Assembly: GCA_964220215.1 (NCBI GenBank)
Contig: CAXPTH010000002.1
Coordinates: 1-19,882, forward strand
DNA: 19,882 bases
Origin: Alteromonas sp.
Lineage (GTDB): Bacteria > Margulisbacteria > Marinamargulisbacteria > UBA6595
Direction of reading: 5' to 3'
A program made the translations under genes and the position numbers. Below the pieces are notes generated by a model. That model ran no database searches and was not told the DNA's origin. It saw nothing but the letters and a program-made list of their open reading frames with translations. Below, piece after piece: positions 1 through 7,329 of the stretch (positions are counted from its first letter, which is position 1; every line of letters starts with the position of its first letter).

Positions 1-779
1 CCACCACCACCCCCGTGCTCCTTAAGAGCCACTTGACGCGCCTGAGTCGCTTGAAAAACCCTACGCATGGATATAGCGCCCAGTGTCAAATACGACGACA
101 ACCGAGAACAATGGGTATAAGCCGTCACTGGCGAGGACATGGCCCGTGTATACGGCTGCCCTCGAGTCGCTAAAAACGTCGACAGCGTCTCGGTCGCCAT
201 CGCACTACCCCCCACTTGAATAGCCGTATAGCCATCCTGAACCAAGCCCAACGCCTCAGCCGAAGGCATCGCCTCTGGGTCCACTGGCATCGACTGAATC
301 TGCACAGGGCCGGGCACCAGCGGGGCCTGCATCGTGGCTTTCCAGCGTGCCGCCCACCCGTCCCGATCCTGCAGGCAACGCACCACCCCCGTTTGGGTGG
401 ACTCCTGCCAAACAACACCCCGGGTCTTGGCCCAACGCTGTACCCGACGGTCACGATCATACGTCCAGTGGTTCCCCGTTTCTTGATGGGAAAACACGTG
501 GGTCACCCCCCAGCGCTGAACCAAAGCGTCCAACACCTCGACCGCATCCCCAACCCGAATCACCAAGTGAGCCCCCAGATCTTTTAAATTTTCATCTAAC
601 GACTTTATGCTGTCCACCAGATACTGATACTGCCGATAACTCGTATCTGGTTGTCCCCACAAGTCCGGCTCAACAATATACAGTGCAATAATGGGCCCTT
701 GCTGAGCCGCCAAGCTAAGGGGCTCGTGATCCGTTACCCGCAAATCTCGCTTAAACCAAACAATACTGGTTATGGGCAT
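1..779 (-). CDS. Photolyase/cryptochrome-family protein, N-terminal ~259 aa; runs off the left edge of the window
   Basis: Not in the ORF track because it has no stop in the window. Manual translation from ATG 779 is open to the edge: MPITSIVWFKRDLRVTDHEPL...VFSHQETGNHWTYDRD...GWAARW...CSRLSSYLTLGAISMR. WFKRDLR and SRLSxYLxxGxIS are photolyase-family motifs. Start overlaps the permease stop (770-772). Confidence 0.88.
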   Translation of the reverse strand, partial: MPITSIVWFKRDLRVTDHEPLSLAAQQGPIIALYIVEPDLWGQPDTSYRQYQYLVDSIKSLDENLKDLGAHLVIRVGDAVEVLDALVQRWGVTHVFSHQETGNHWTYDRDRRVQRWAKTRGVVWQESTQTGVVRCLQDRDGWAARWKATMQAPLVPGPVQIQSMPVDPEAMPSAEALGLVQDGYTAIQVGGSAMATETLSTFLATRGQPYTRAMSSPVTAYTHCSRLSSYLTLGAISMRRVFQATQARQVALKEHGGGG

Positions 780-1516
780 CGGGACCCCCAAACCCAATAG
801 CCAACGGCCAATAGACTCCCCACAATAACAACCATAGGGCCAGCCGGAACGTCCAAAAACAAGGCACTCCCACAGCCCACCACCATCATCAGCCCGCCAA
901 ACGACCAGGCGGTTCGCAACGCACACGAGCGCCCCGTAGCCACCAATGCCGGTAAAATTAAACTCGCAAATACCACATACACCCCCACCAATTGCACCGA
1001 TGAGGTAATGGCCAAGGCAAACAAACTATAAAACCCGAGTCCAGACCGCCACCTTGGATGCAAAAACCAGGCCAATACAATGCCAATATAAATCGGCGCA
1101 TGCTTTAGCACGTCCAGCCAAGTGACAAATAACAATTGGCCCGATACCATGTGCTGCAGGGTTTCCCCCCCATGCGGATGGTGCTGCAACACCAAGATCG
1201 CGGCCGATGCTGCGACAACAAAGCTGGTTCCAATAATGGCCTCTTGTCGTTCCGGAACCATCGATTCTATCCATCGAAATGCTGCCGCAGAGAGCAACGC
1301 TGCGCATAACGCCACCCCTTGTATTAACCAAGCGGATGGGTGGTGGACCCAGGTCAACACCCCCACCATGCCCAGCCCCGCAATCTGTGCAACCGCTAAA
1401 TCCATAAAAACAATGCCCCGCTTTAACACTTCCAAACCCAACGGCGCATGGGTTGCCGCAATCATAATTCCGGCAACAAAGGCTGGCAATACCAATACAA
1501 GTAGATCAAGATCCAT
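770..1516 (-). CDS. Metal (Zn/Mn-type) ABC transporter permease, ABC-3/ZnuB family
   Basis: 248 aa, multiple hydrophobic helices; LGLEVLKRGIVFMDLAVAQIAGLG, QEAIIG, SSVQLVGVYVVFASLILPA; directly downstream of a ZnuA-like gene with an 11-nt overlap. Confidence 0.9.
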   Translation of the reverse strand: MDLDLLVLVLPAFVAGIMIAATHAPLGLEVLKRGIVFMDLAVAQIAGLGMVGVLTWVHHPSAWLIQGVALCAALLSAAAFRWIESMVPERQEAIIGTSFVVAASAAILVLQHHPHGGETLQHMVSGQLLFVTWLDVLKHAPIYIGIVLAWFLHPRWRSGLGFYSLFALAITSSVQLVGVYVVFASLILPALVATGRSCALRTAWSFGGLMMVVGCGSALFLDVPAGPMVVIVGSLLAVGYWVWGSRCP

Positions 1517-2405
1517 GATTTAATAGTACAGCAATTGTCTCATCAAATAGGGTTATTAAGTCAACACTGGCATCGGTACCCCCCACTGTATAGGGGAGCC
1601 GAAGCGCTGGAATATTCGTTTTAGACGCCACCCATTCACTGGCTTGGGACGGATCATACGGTGTTCGCAAAATTGCCAATACTGACGGGTCTGTTGCCTG
1701 CTTCAGCACTGTGTTTAAATGAGCAGCCGTTGGCGGCAACCCTGGCACGGGCTCTAGAGATGCAATGGTGGTGACGCCCAACCAATCCAACAGATAATCA
1801 AACGATTGATGATGCACAATCACGGACCGGCCACGCAACGGAGCCGCCTGAATTGTCCATCGCTGAATGGCGGCTTCCCATTGCGCCTCAAAGGCCGTGT
1901 AGCGTTCGGCATACACACCCGCATGATCGGGATCAATCTGCTCCAACCGACCCTGAATTTGACGCGCAATCTGAAGAATATGATGGGGATTTAAATGCAC
2001 ATGGGGGTTGCCGTCCGGGTGCACATCCCCATGGCTGCGATCCACAGAGTCGTTAACGCCCAACATGGGCACATAATCCGCCGCCATAATATTGCCCATA
2101 GCACCCGGTTGGATGCCCACGGGGGCACGCTCCAATAAAATGGGCAACCACCCCACTTCTAAATCTGCCCCCGAGCAAACCAACAACTCGGCCCGTCGAA
2201 TGGCTGCAATTAAACTCGGGCGTGCCCGAATATAATGCGGGTTTTGCTTGGCATGGGTGGCCGAAACCACCCGCACCTGCTCCCCGCCAATTGCTTCGGT
2301 TAAAGCCGCCCATTCGGGCTCACACGTGAACACCGAAACGGCAGCCTGAGCACCGAGCGATGCGGCAATTAAGCTGCCAAAGATGTGTTTAATACTTATG
2401 CGCAC
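1506..2405 (-). CDS. Metal ABC transporter substrate-binding protein, ZnuA/cluster A-I family
   Basis: Signal-peptide-like N-terminus; QNPHYIRARPS, GADLEVGWLP, DRSHGDVHPDGNPHVHLNP, VHHQSFDYL, EPVPGLPPTAAHL. GTG start with GGAG (2412-2415) 6 nt upstream, inside the preceding gene. Confidence 0.92.
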   Translation of the reverse strand: MRISIKHIFGSLIAASLGAQAAVSVFTCEPEWAALTEAIGGEQVRVVSATHAKQNPHYIRARPSLIAAIRRAELLVCSGADLEVGWLPILLERAPVGIQPGAMGNIMAADYVPMLGVNDSVDRSHGDVHPDGNPHVHLNPHHILQIARQIQGRLEQIDPDHAGVYAERYTAFEAQWEAAIQRWTIQAAPLRGRSVIVHHQSFDYLLDWLGVTTIASLEPVPGLPPTAAHLNTVLKQATDPSVLAILRTPYDPSQASEWVASKTNIPALRLPYTVGGTDASVDLITLFDETIAVLLNHGS

Positions 2406-3669
2406 CGTGTGCTCCGATGCTCATCACATATTGAATTATGAACTGATCATCCGACTGATCATTCGCCAACACATTGTGATTGTATTGAAATCGAATTCGG
2501 CTAAATTCACTGTTGGTCCAGTCTAGCATAGCACTCGTTGACCGAGGATTGTGGCCGTTCGCATTAAGAACCTCGTTTGTTTTTAAAGCCGTCGGCACAG
2601 CCGCTGGAGACAGTTCACTGTAGCGAACCCCCACACGCCATTGCGGTGCCAGTTTATAAACAGTTTGTAAATACCAACCCGTTGCATGGGCATTAATCGC
2701 ATGGGGGTCTTGATCTTTAATGGTGCTTTTTCCCCCAATGCGATACACCCCATCGGTATGCTGCCAGAAGTACTCACCCTGAACGATTAGTTCTTGTTGT
2801 CTGGGATTGCCCGTCATCGCCCACGTGTACCGAACATCCACGGCATCCAGCGCCGTATGGCCATAAAAAGCCGTACTATCTGATTCCGATTCTTCGTTTG
2901 CAACAAACCGTTCCCCCACATCGCCGGCCAGCCGGTAAGCCCCGAGTCGCCAGCTTTGATTGTATCCAATATCATCGCCAACGCGAACAAACGCCGACCA
3001 TGCTTGTGTTTTATCCCCAGTTGCGCCACCAAACGGCATATCATCACCTCGGAAAATACCACCCCCCAATTCTGTGTACATCTGTGTGGGCAACACATAG
3101 GTCAATTCCGCACCATCATCATTAAACGCACCATTTAAAAAGGCTCGATTGGGAAGGGGGCGATCCGCAAAATCATGGGCATGCAAATGGTGTTCGTTTA
3201 AATATCCAAATGTCCAAAACGCACGACCAAACTTAGCAGTTAGCCCATCCAATAGCCCAAACCCCGGCAATGTTTGAACATACGCTTCTTCTAGTTCCAC
3301 CTTATCTTCACCGTCTTCTCGAACGATGGCGGCCGTCAAACGTCCATAAAATTTATCATCCACACTGGCTGACATCGCCAATTCAGATTCGCCAATTGCA
3401 AACCCTTCCGACTTTCGATGGCCTTCATGCCCAACCGCAAACCCCGCAATATCCCCATGCGCAGCGGTATAACTGCGGTACCCGCCATTTAGCAATAGTC
3501 CAATGGATGGATTAAACCGATTGCTATACACAGTGGGTTTGACTTCATACTGTTTTTTTAATGCGTCAACCTCAGCACGCAATTCAGCCAATTCAGAATT
3601 GGCAACTGCTGCAGGGGATAGGCCAATAGCCGAGACTAGCAAGGCGGCCATAATTGTATTTAATTTCAT
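2389..3669 (-). CDS. His-rich outer-membrane beta-barrel protein of the type associated with zinc-uptake operons
   Basis: Signal peptide (MKLNTIMAALLVSAIGLSPAAVA), short coiled coil (ELAELRAEVDALKKQ), FNPSIGLLLNG, VELEEAY, YLNEHHLHAHDFADRP, amphipathic beta-strands, SEFSRIRFQY and C-terminal GAHGAHKY. Confidence 0.8.
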   Translation of the reverse strand: MKLNTIMAALLVSAIGLSPAAVANSELAELRAEVDALKKQYEVKPTVYSNRFNPSIGLLLNGGYRSYTAAHGDIAGFAVGHEGHRKSEGFAIGESELAMSASVDDKFYGRLTAAIVREDGEDKVELEEAYVQTLPGFGLLDGLTAKFGRAFWTFGYLNEHHLHAHDFADRPLPNRAFLNGAFNDDGAELTYVLPTQMYTELGGGIFRGDDMPFGGATGDKTQAWSAFVRVGDDIGYNQSWRLGAYRLAGDVGERFVANEESESDSTAFYGHTALDAVDVRYTWAMTGNPRQQELIVQGEYFWQHTDGVYRIGGKSTIKDQDPHAINAHATGWYLQTVYKLAPQWRVGVRYSELSPAAVPTALKTNEVLNANGHNPRSTSAMLDWTNSEFSRIRFQYNHNVLANDQSDDQFIIQYVMSIGAHGAHKY

Positions 3670-3674
3670 AAAAA

Positions 3675-3680
3675 CTCCTC
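3675..3680 (-). promoter_or_regulatory. Shine-Dalgarno GAGGAG of the outer-membrane protein gene
   Basis: Minus strand reads GAGGAG-ttttt-ATG(3669). Confidence 0.85.
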
Positions 3681-3683
3681 GAT

Positions 3684-3707
3684 AATAAGCAGTCCACGCT
3701 GCTTATT
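3684..3707 (-). promoter_or_regulatory. Perfect 9-bp stem-loop between leader ORF and outer-membrane gene; possible attenuator or translation-control element
   Basis: aataagcag (3684-3692) and ctgcttatt (3699-3707) are exact reverse complements around a 6-nt loop; on the mRNA the stem ends 3 nt before the SD. Function inferred. Confidence 0.6.
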
Positions 3708-3731
3708 CAATTAAACCGTTACATGTAATCA

Positions 3732-4019
3732 TTAAAAACGGAGCGGCGGTGCCCGAGGATGGCTACCGACATGGATGCGTCCGCATTGTTGGCCAATCAC
3801 CACAAACACAATACCCAAGGCAATTCGTGGACTTAGAAACGCCGAACGAATAGCGGTGTGTGGCAGGATCGTGATTGAACATACCGAACACGTGCGCGTC
3901 GAATGGTCGTGCCCATCCCAAGTGTGTTCTAGGTCATGGGCCCAGCCCATCGCCATAATGCCCAAAAATAGGACAAACACCAATTTGGGTAACGCACCCC
4001 GACGAATCTTACGCATCAT
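3732..4019 (-). CDS. Putative metal-sensing leader/arrest peptide, DUF2946/CruR-like (signal-like N-terminus, His cluster, CxxC, C-terminal RAPP)
   Basis: MMRKIRRGALPKLVFVLFLGIMAMGWA-HDLEHTWDGHDH-STRT-CSVC-...-HPRAPPLRF*. ATG 4019 (95 aa) or 4016 preferred over GTG 4037 because a -10-like box lies at 4028-4036. Directly upstream of metal-uptake genes. Confidence 0.78.
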   Translation of the reverse strand: MMRKIRRGALPKLVFVLFLGIMAMGWAHDLEHTWDGHDHSTRTCSVCSITILPHTAIRSAFLSPRIALGIVFVVIGQQCGRIHVGSHPRAPPLRF

Positions 4020-4027
4020 ACAACAAA

Positions 4028-4036
4028 ATCGTATCA
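4028..4036 (-). promoter_or_regulatory. Candidate extended -10 (TG-a-TACGAT) for the leader ORF/metal-uptake operon
   Basis: 8 nt upstream of ATG 4019; same geometry as other operon-leading genes in the window. Confidence 0.4.
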
Positions 4037-4092
4037 CAGGATTATTGCAATCAGCTAGCGTTTAAGATTTATAAACTATTATTTTACGTGTG

Positions 4093-4101
4093 TGTTATAC
4101 T
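4093..4101 (+). promoter_or_regulatory. Candidate extended -10 (TG-t-TATACT) for ggt
   Basis: 9 nt upstream of ATG 4111; no SD between them. Confidence 0.55.
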
Positions 4102-4110
4102 AAGAACCCC

Positions 4111-5811
4111 ATGAAAATTAGCGCGTATCTTATTGGATGTCTATGCCTAACGGCTTCTGTGATCGCCTCCCCCATTCTATCCAATATGGCCATTCATCAC
4201 CCCGTGATGGGCACCCGTGGCATGGTCGTCAGCCAAGAGGCGCAGGCAACCCGTATTGGAACCGACATACTCCGTGCTGGGGGCAATGCGATTGATGCTG
4301 CAGTGGCCGTCGGGTTTGCCTTGGCTGTTACCCACCCACAAGCCGGTAATTTAGGGGGCGGCGGGTTTATGATGATTCATATTGCTAGTGAAAACAAAAC
4401 CATTGCCCTGGATTTTAGAGAATCAGCGCCGGCAGCCGCTCATGCTGATTTGTTTTTAGACCCAGATGGCACAGTGAATACCAAACGAGCTCGATTTTCA
4501 ACGCAATCCAGCGGCGTTCCCGGCAGTGTTCATGGGCTGCTAACGGCCTTAGACCACTACGGAACGCTACCCCGCAAGCGTATTATTGCCCCCGCTATTC
4601 GCTTAGCCAAACGTGGCTTTCCTGTGTCGCAACCCTTGGCATTGTCGCTCAAAACCGCCCAGGATCGACTGGCAAAGGATCCCTACATATCCGCTATTTT
4701 TTATCCCAACAATCAGCCCCCCAATCCTGGAGATCCGTTTGTTCAAACCGACTTAGCCAAAACTTTATCGCGCATTTCGAAGCATGGAACCGCCGGATTT
4801 TATACTGGGAAAACCGCCCGGGCGATTGATCAATTTATGCGTGACACCAATGGCCTTATCACCACAACCGATTTGAGTAACTACCGCAGTATCACACGCC
4901 AACCGATTCATATTCAATACCGTGGCCAGCATATTTATACAATGCCATTACCCAGTTCTGGGGGCATTATTATGGCACAAATTCTCAAATTAATTGAACC
5001 ATTTCCGTTGAAGACCTGGGGGCCCAATAGTGCAAAAACAATTCATGCCATGGCAGAGGCCATGCAACTGGCTTATGCAGATCGTGCGGAGTGGCTGGGC
5101 GATAGCGACTTTGTTGCCGTACCGGTGCAGCAATTGTTAAGCGAGTCTTACTTAAATCGACGCCGAAAACGCATCAATTTAAACCAACACACCCCCAGTG
5201 TCGACACAGGACCCGGCCAGCCCTACGATAGTGACGAAACCACCCATTACAGTGTCATGGATCGCTGGGGAAACGCTGTATCGGTGACCACAACACTCAA
5301 TTTTAGCTACGGCTCTGGCATCGGCATACCCGGAACCGGTGTTTTGTTAAACAATGAAATGGATGATTTTTCTGCAAAACCGGGTGAACCCAATGCGTAT
5401 GGGTTGCTGGGCAATGCTCAAAACGCCATTGCCCCCAACAAACGGATGCTCAGCTCCATGACCCCCACGCTTGTTCTGGATGATACCGGCGTGGTGTTGG
5501 TAACTGGATCCCCGGGAGGCAGCCGAATTATTACAACCGTCACCCAACTCATCAGCAACGTCATTGACCATGGCATGCCCCTGGCACACGCAACCGCCTC
5601 TGGCCGATTTCACCACCAAGGGTGGCCCGACACCTTGCGCATTGAACCCTATGGCTTGTCCCCAGATACGCAAGCTGCCCTCACGCAACGGGGGCACACC
5701 CTCGTCACCCGACCGGTTATGGGCTCCACCCAAAGTATTATGAAACACAGTGGCGTTTTATACGGAGCCTCAGACCCTCGCACCCCATCGGGACTCGCCC
5801 AAGGGTATTAA
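4111..5811 (+). CDS. ggt: Gamma-glutamyltransferase (periplasmic precursor)
   Basis: GGNAIDAAVA, GNLGGGGF, LDFRESAP, autoprocessing site ETTHYSVMD, LLNNEMDDF, KRMLSSMTP, GSPGGSRI. Signal peptide begins at ATG 4111 (MKISAYLIGCLCLTASVIA), so the start is moved from 4090. Confidence 0.96.
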   Translation: MKISAYLIGCLCLTASVIASPILSNMAIHHPVMGTRGMVVSQEAQATRIGTDILRAGGNAIDAAVAVGFALAVTHPQAGNLGGGGFMMIHIASENKTIALDFRESAPAAAHADLFLDPDGTVNTKRARFSTQSSGVPGSVHGLLTALDHYGTLPRKRIIAPAIRLAKRGFPVSQPLALSLKTAQDRLAKDPYISAIFYPNNQPPNPGDPFVQTDLAKTLSRISKHGTAGFYTGKTARAIDQFMRDTNGLITTTDLSNYRSITRQPIHIQYRGQHIYTMPLPSSGGIIMAQILKLIEPFPLKTWGPNSAKTIHAMAEAMQLAYADRAEWLGDSDFVAVPVQQLLSESYLNRRRKRINLNQHTPSVDTGPGQPYDSDETTHYSVMDRWGNAVSVTTTLNFSYGSGIGIPGTGVLLNNEMDDFSAKPGEPNAYGLLGNAQNAIAPNKRMLSSMTPTLVLDDTGVVLVTGSPGGSRIITTVTQLISNVIDHGMPLAHATASGRFHHQGWPDTLRIEPYGLSPDTQAALTQRGHTLVTRPVMGSTQSIMKHSGVLYGASDPRTPSGLAQGY

Positions 5812-5817
5812 ATCCTG

Positions 5818-5826
5818 TGGTATACT
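5818..5826 (+). promoter_or_regulatory. Candidate extended -10 (TG-g-TATACT) for the SDR gene
   Basis: In the 27-nt gap after ggt, 12 nt upstream of ATG 5839; no SD. Confidence 0.55.
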
Positions 5827-5838
5827 GCTTAGTATCCC

Positions 5839-7329
5839 ATGCATATTTTACTTACTGGCGTAACGGGTTATATTGCCCAACGACTGTTGCCGGCTATACT
5901 CACAGACGATGTCCGCGTTACCTGCTGTGTTCGAGATTTAGACCGATTTAATTACAATTATCACAACCACCCCAACTTATCTGCTATTGTTGTGGATTTT
6001 CTGGATGACACCATTGAACTACCCCATGATATTGATGCGGCTTTTTATTTTATTCATTCGATGGCAATTCCCACCGCCGATTTTTACAAACTGGAAACTC
6101 AATGCGCCAATAATTTTAAATCAGCGATAGAAAAAACACAGGTTCAGCAGGTGATTTACCTCGGTGGCATTGTGAATGAAGCCAATTTATCGCCCCATTT
6201 AAAATCTCGCTTGCATGTTGAAGCATTACTGCGCAGCGACCAGTACGCACTCACAACACTCCGTGCGGGTATTATTGTGGGATCGGGCTCCGCTTCGTTT
6301 GATATTATTCACGATTTGGTTGAAAAAATTCCCATTATGGTAACGCCCAAATGGATTAAAACACGCTGCCAACCCATTGCCATTCGCGATGTCATTAAGT
6401 GTTTACACCGCAGCATACTCAACCCAGCCACCTATAACCAAAGCTTTGATATTGGTGGCCCCGATATTTTATCGTACAAACAGATGCTCCTCCAATTTGC
6501 TGAAGTCCGTCGACTGCGGCGCTATATTTTTACAACCTCATTATTATCACCCCGACTGTCCTCCTATTGGCTCAACTTCGTCACACGAACCACCTATGCA
6601 CTTGCTCGGCATTTGGTTGATAGCATGAAAAACGAAGTTGTGTGCCGGGACACCCGGTTGCTGGAATTGCTAAATATTAATCCCATGACGTACCGAGAAG
6701 CCATCAAAGCCGCTTTTCATCGAATTGAACAAAACGACGTTGTATCCAGCTGGACAGACTCCCCCCATCATTATTTTTTAAAAAAAGGCATTGCGCATTA
6801 TACCCGAGTGCCCACCCATAGCTGTTTTATTGATCGGCGTCAATTACCCACCCAAAACCCCAAACAATCGCTGGAAAAAATATGGCAATTGGGCGGCCAA
6901 TCGGGCTGGTATTTTGGCAATGGATTATGGAAACTGCGTGGCTTCATTGACCAGTTGGTGGGTGGGGTTGGCTTGCGCCGGGGCCGCCGAAGCCCAACGG
7001 ACATTAAACCCGGGGACTCGTTGGATTTTTGGCGGGTCCTCATTGCCGACAAATCCAAAAAACGCTTGCTCCTCTATGCTGAAATGAAAGTGCCCGGCGA
7101 AGCCTGGTTGGAGTTTCAAATCCGGGACAACACCCTCATTCAAACCGCTACGTTTCGCCCCTTGGGTGTATTCGGGCGGCTGTACTGGTATACCTGCTTG
7201 CCTTTCCATCATTTTATATTTAATAAATTGCTTGAAGCCCTGGCTACAGACTTCCAAACGCCGCCAATGCCTCCCGACGCGAGTGGTCAACCGACACCAC
7301 CGGTCGCGGATAATGCACCCCCAACGTAA
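5839..7329 (+). CDS. Atypical SDR NAD(P)-binding protein with C-terminal DUF2867-type domain (YbjT-like)
   Basis: ILLTGVTGYIA Rossmann motif; FYFIHSM, LSPHLKSR, LRAGIIVGSGSASF, QPIAIRDV; C-terminal GGVGLRRGRR, GDSLDFWRV, LYAEMKVPGEAWLEF, FRPLGVFGRLYWY. Confidence 0.88.
   Translation: MHILLTGVTGYIAQRLLPAILTDDVRVTCCVRDLDRFNYNYHNHPNLSAIVVDFLDDTIELPHDIDAAFYFIHSMAIPTADFYKLETQCANNFKSAIEKTQVQQVIYLGGIVNEANLSPHLKSRLHVEALLRSDQYALTTLRAGIIVGSGSASFDIIHDLVEKIPIMVTPKWIKTRCQPIAIRDVIKCLHRSILNPATYNQSFDIGGPDILSYKQMLLQFAEVRRLRRYIFTTSLLSPRLSSYWLNFVTRTTYALARHLVDSMKNEVVCRDTRLLELLNINPMTYREAIKAAFHRIEQNDVVSSWTDSPHHYFLKKGIAHYTRVPTHSCFIDRRQLPTQNPKQSLEKIWQLGGQSGWYFGNGLWKLRGFIDQLVGGVGLRRGRRSPTDIKPGDSLDFWRVLIADKSKKRLLLYAEMKVPGEAWLEFQIRDNTLIQTATFRPLGVFGRLYWYTCLPFHHFIFNKLLEALATDFQTPPMPPDASGQPTPPVADNAPPT

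Noticed and set aside
1..15. ccaccaccaccccc low-complexity run
   Set aside because: It is simply the Gly codons (EHGGGG) of the minus-strand CDS.
170..691. ORF-track ORFs 170..460(-), 216..587(+) and 347..691(+)
   Set aside because: Shadow frames of the photolyase-family CDS at 1..779(-), which has recognisable motifs; these have none.
3775..4065. 96-aa plus-strand ORF opposite the leader ORF
   Set aside because: No motif or context support; the minus-strand ORF has signal, CxxC and RAPP features and the same orientation as the operon.
4020..4110. Zur/Fur-type operator upstream of the metal-uptake operon
   Set aside because: No convincing palindrome found; only a partial TGTGATA half-site resemblance. 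A lineage-specific operator cannot be excluded.
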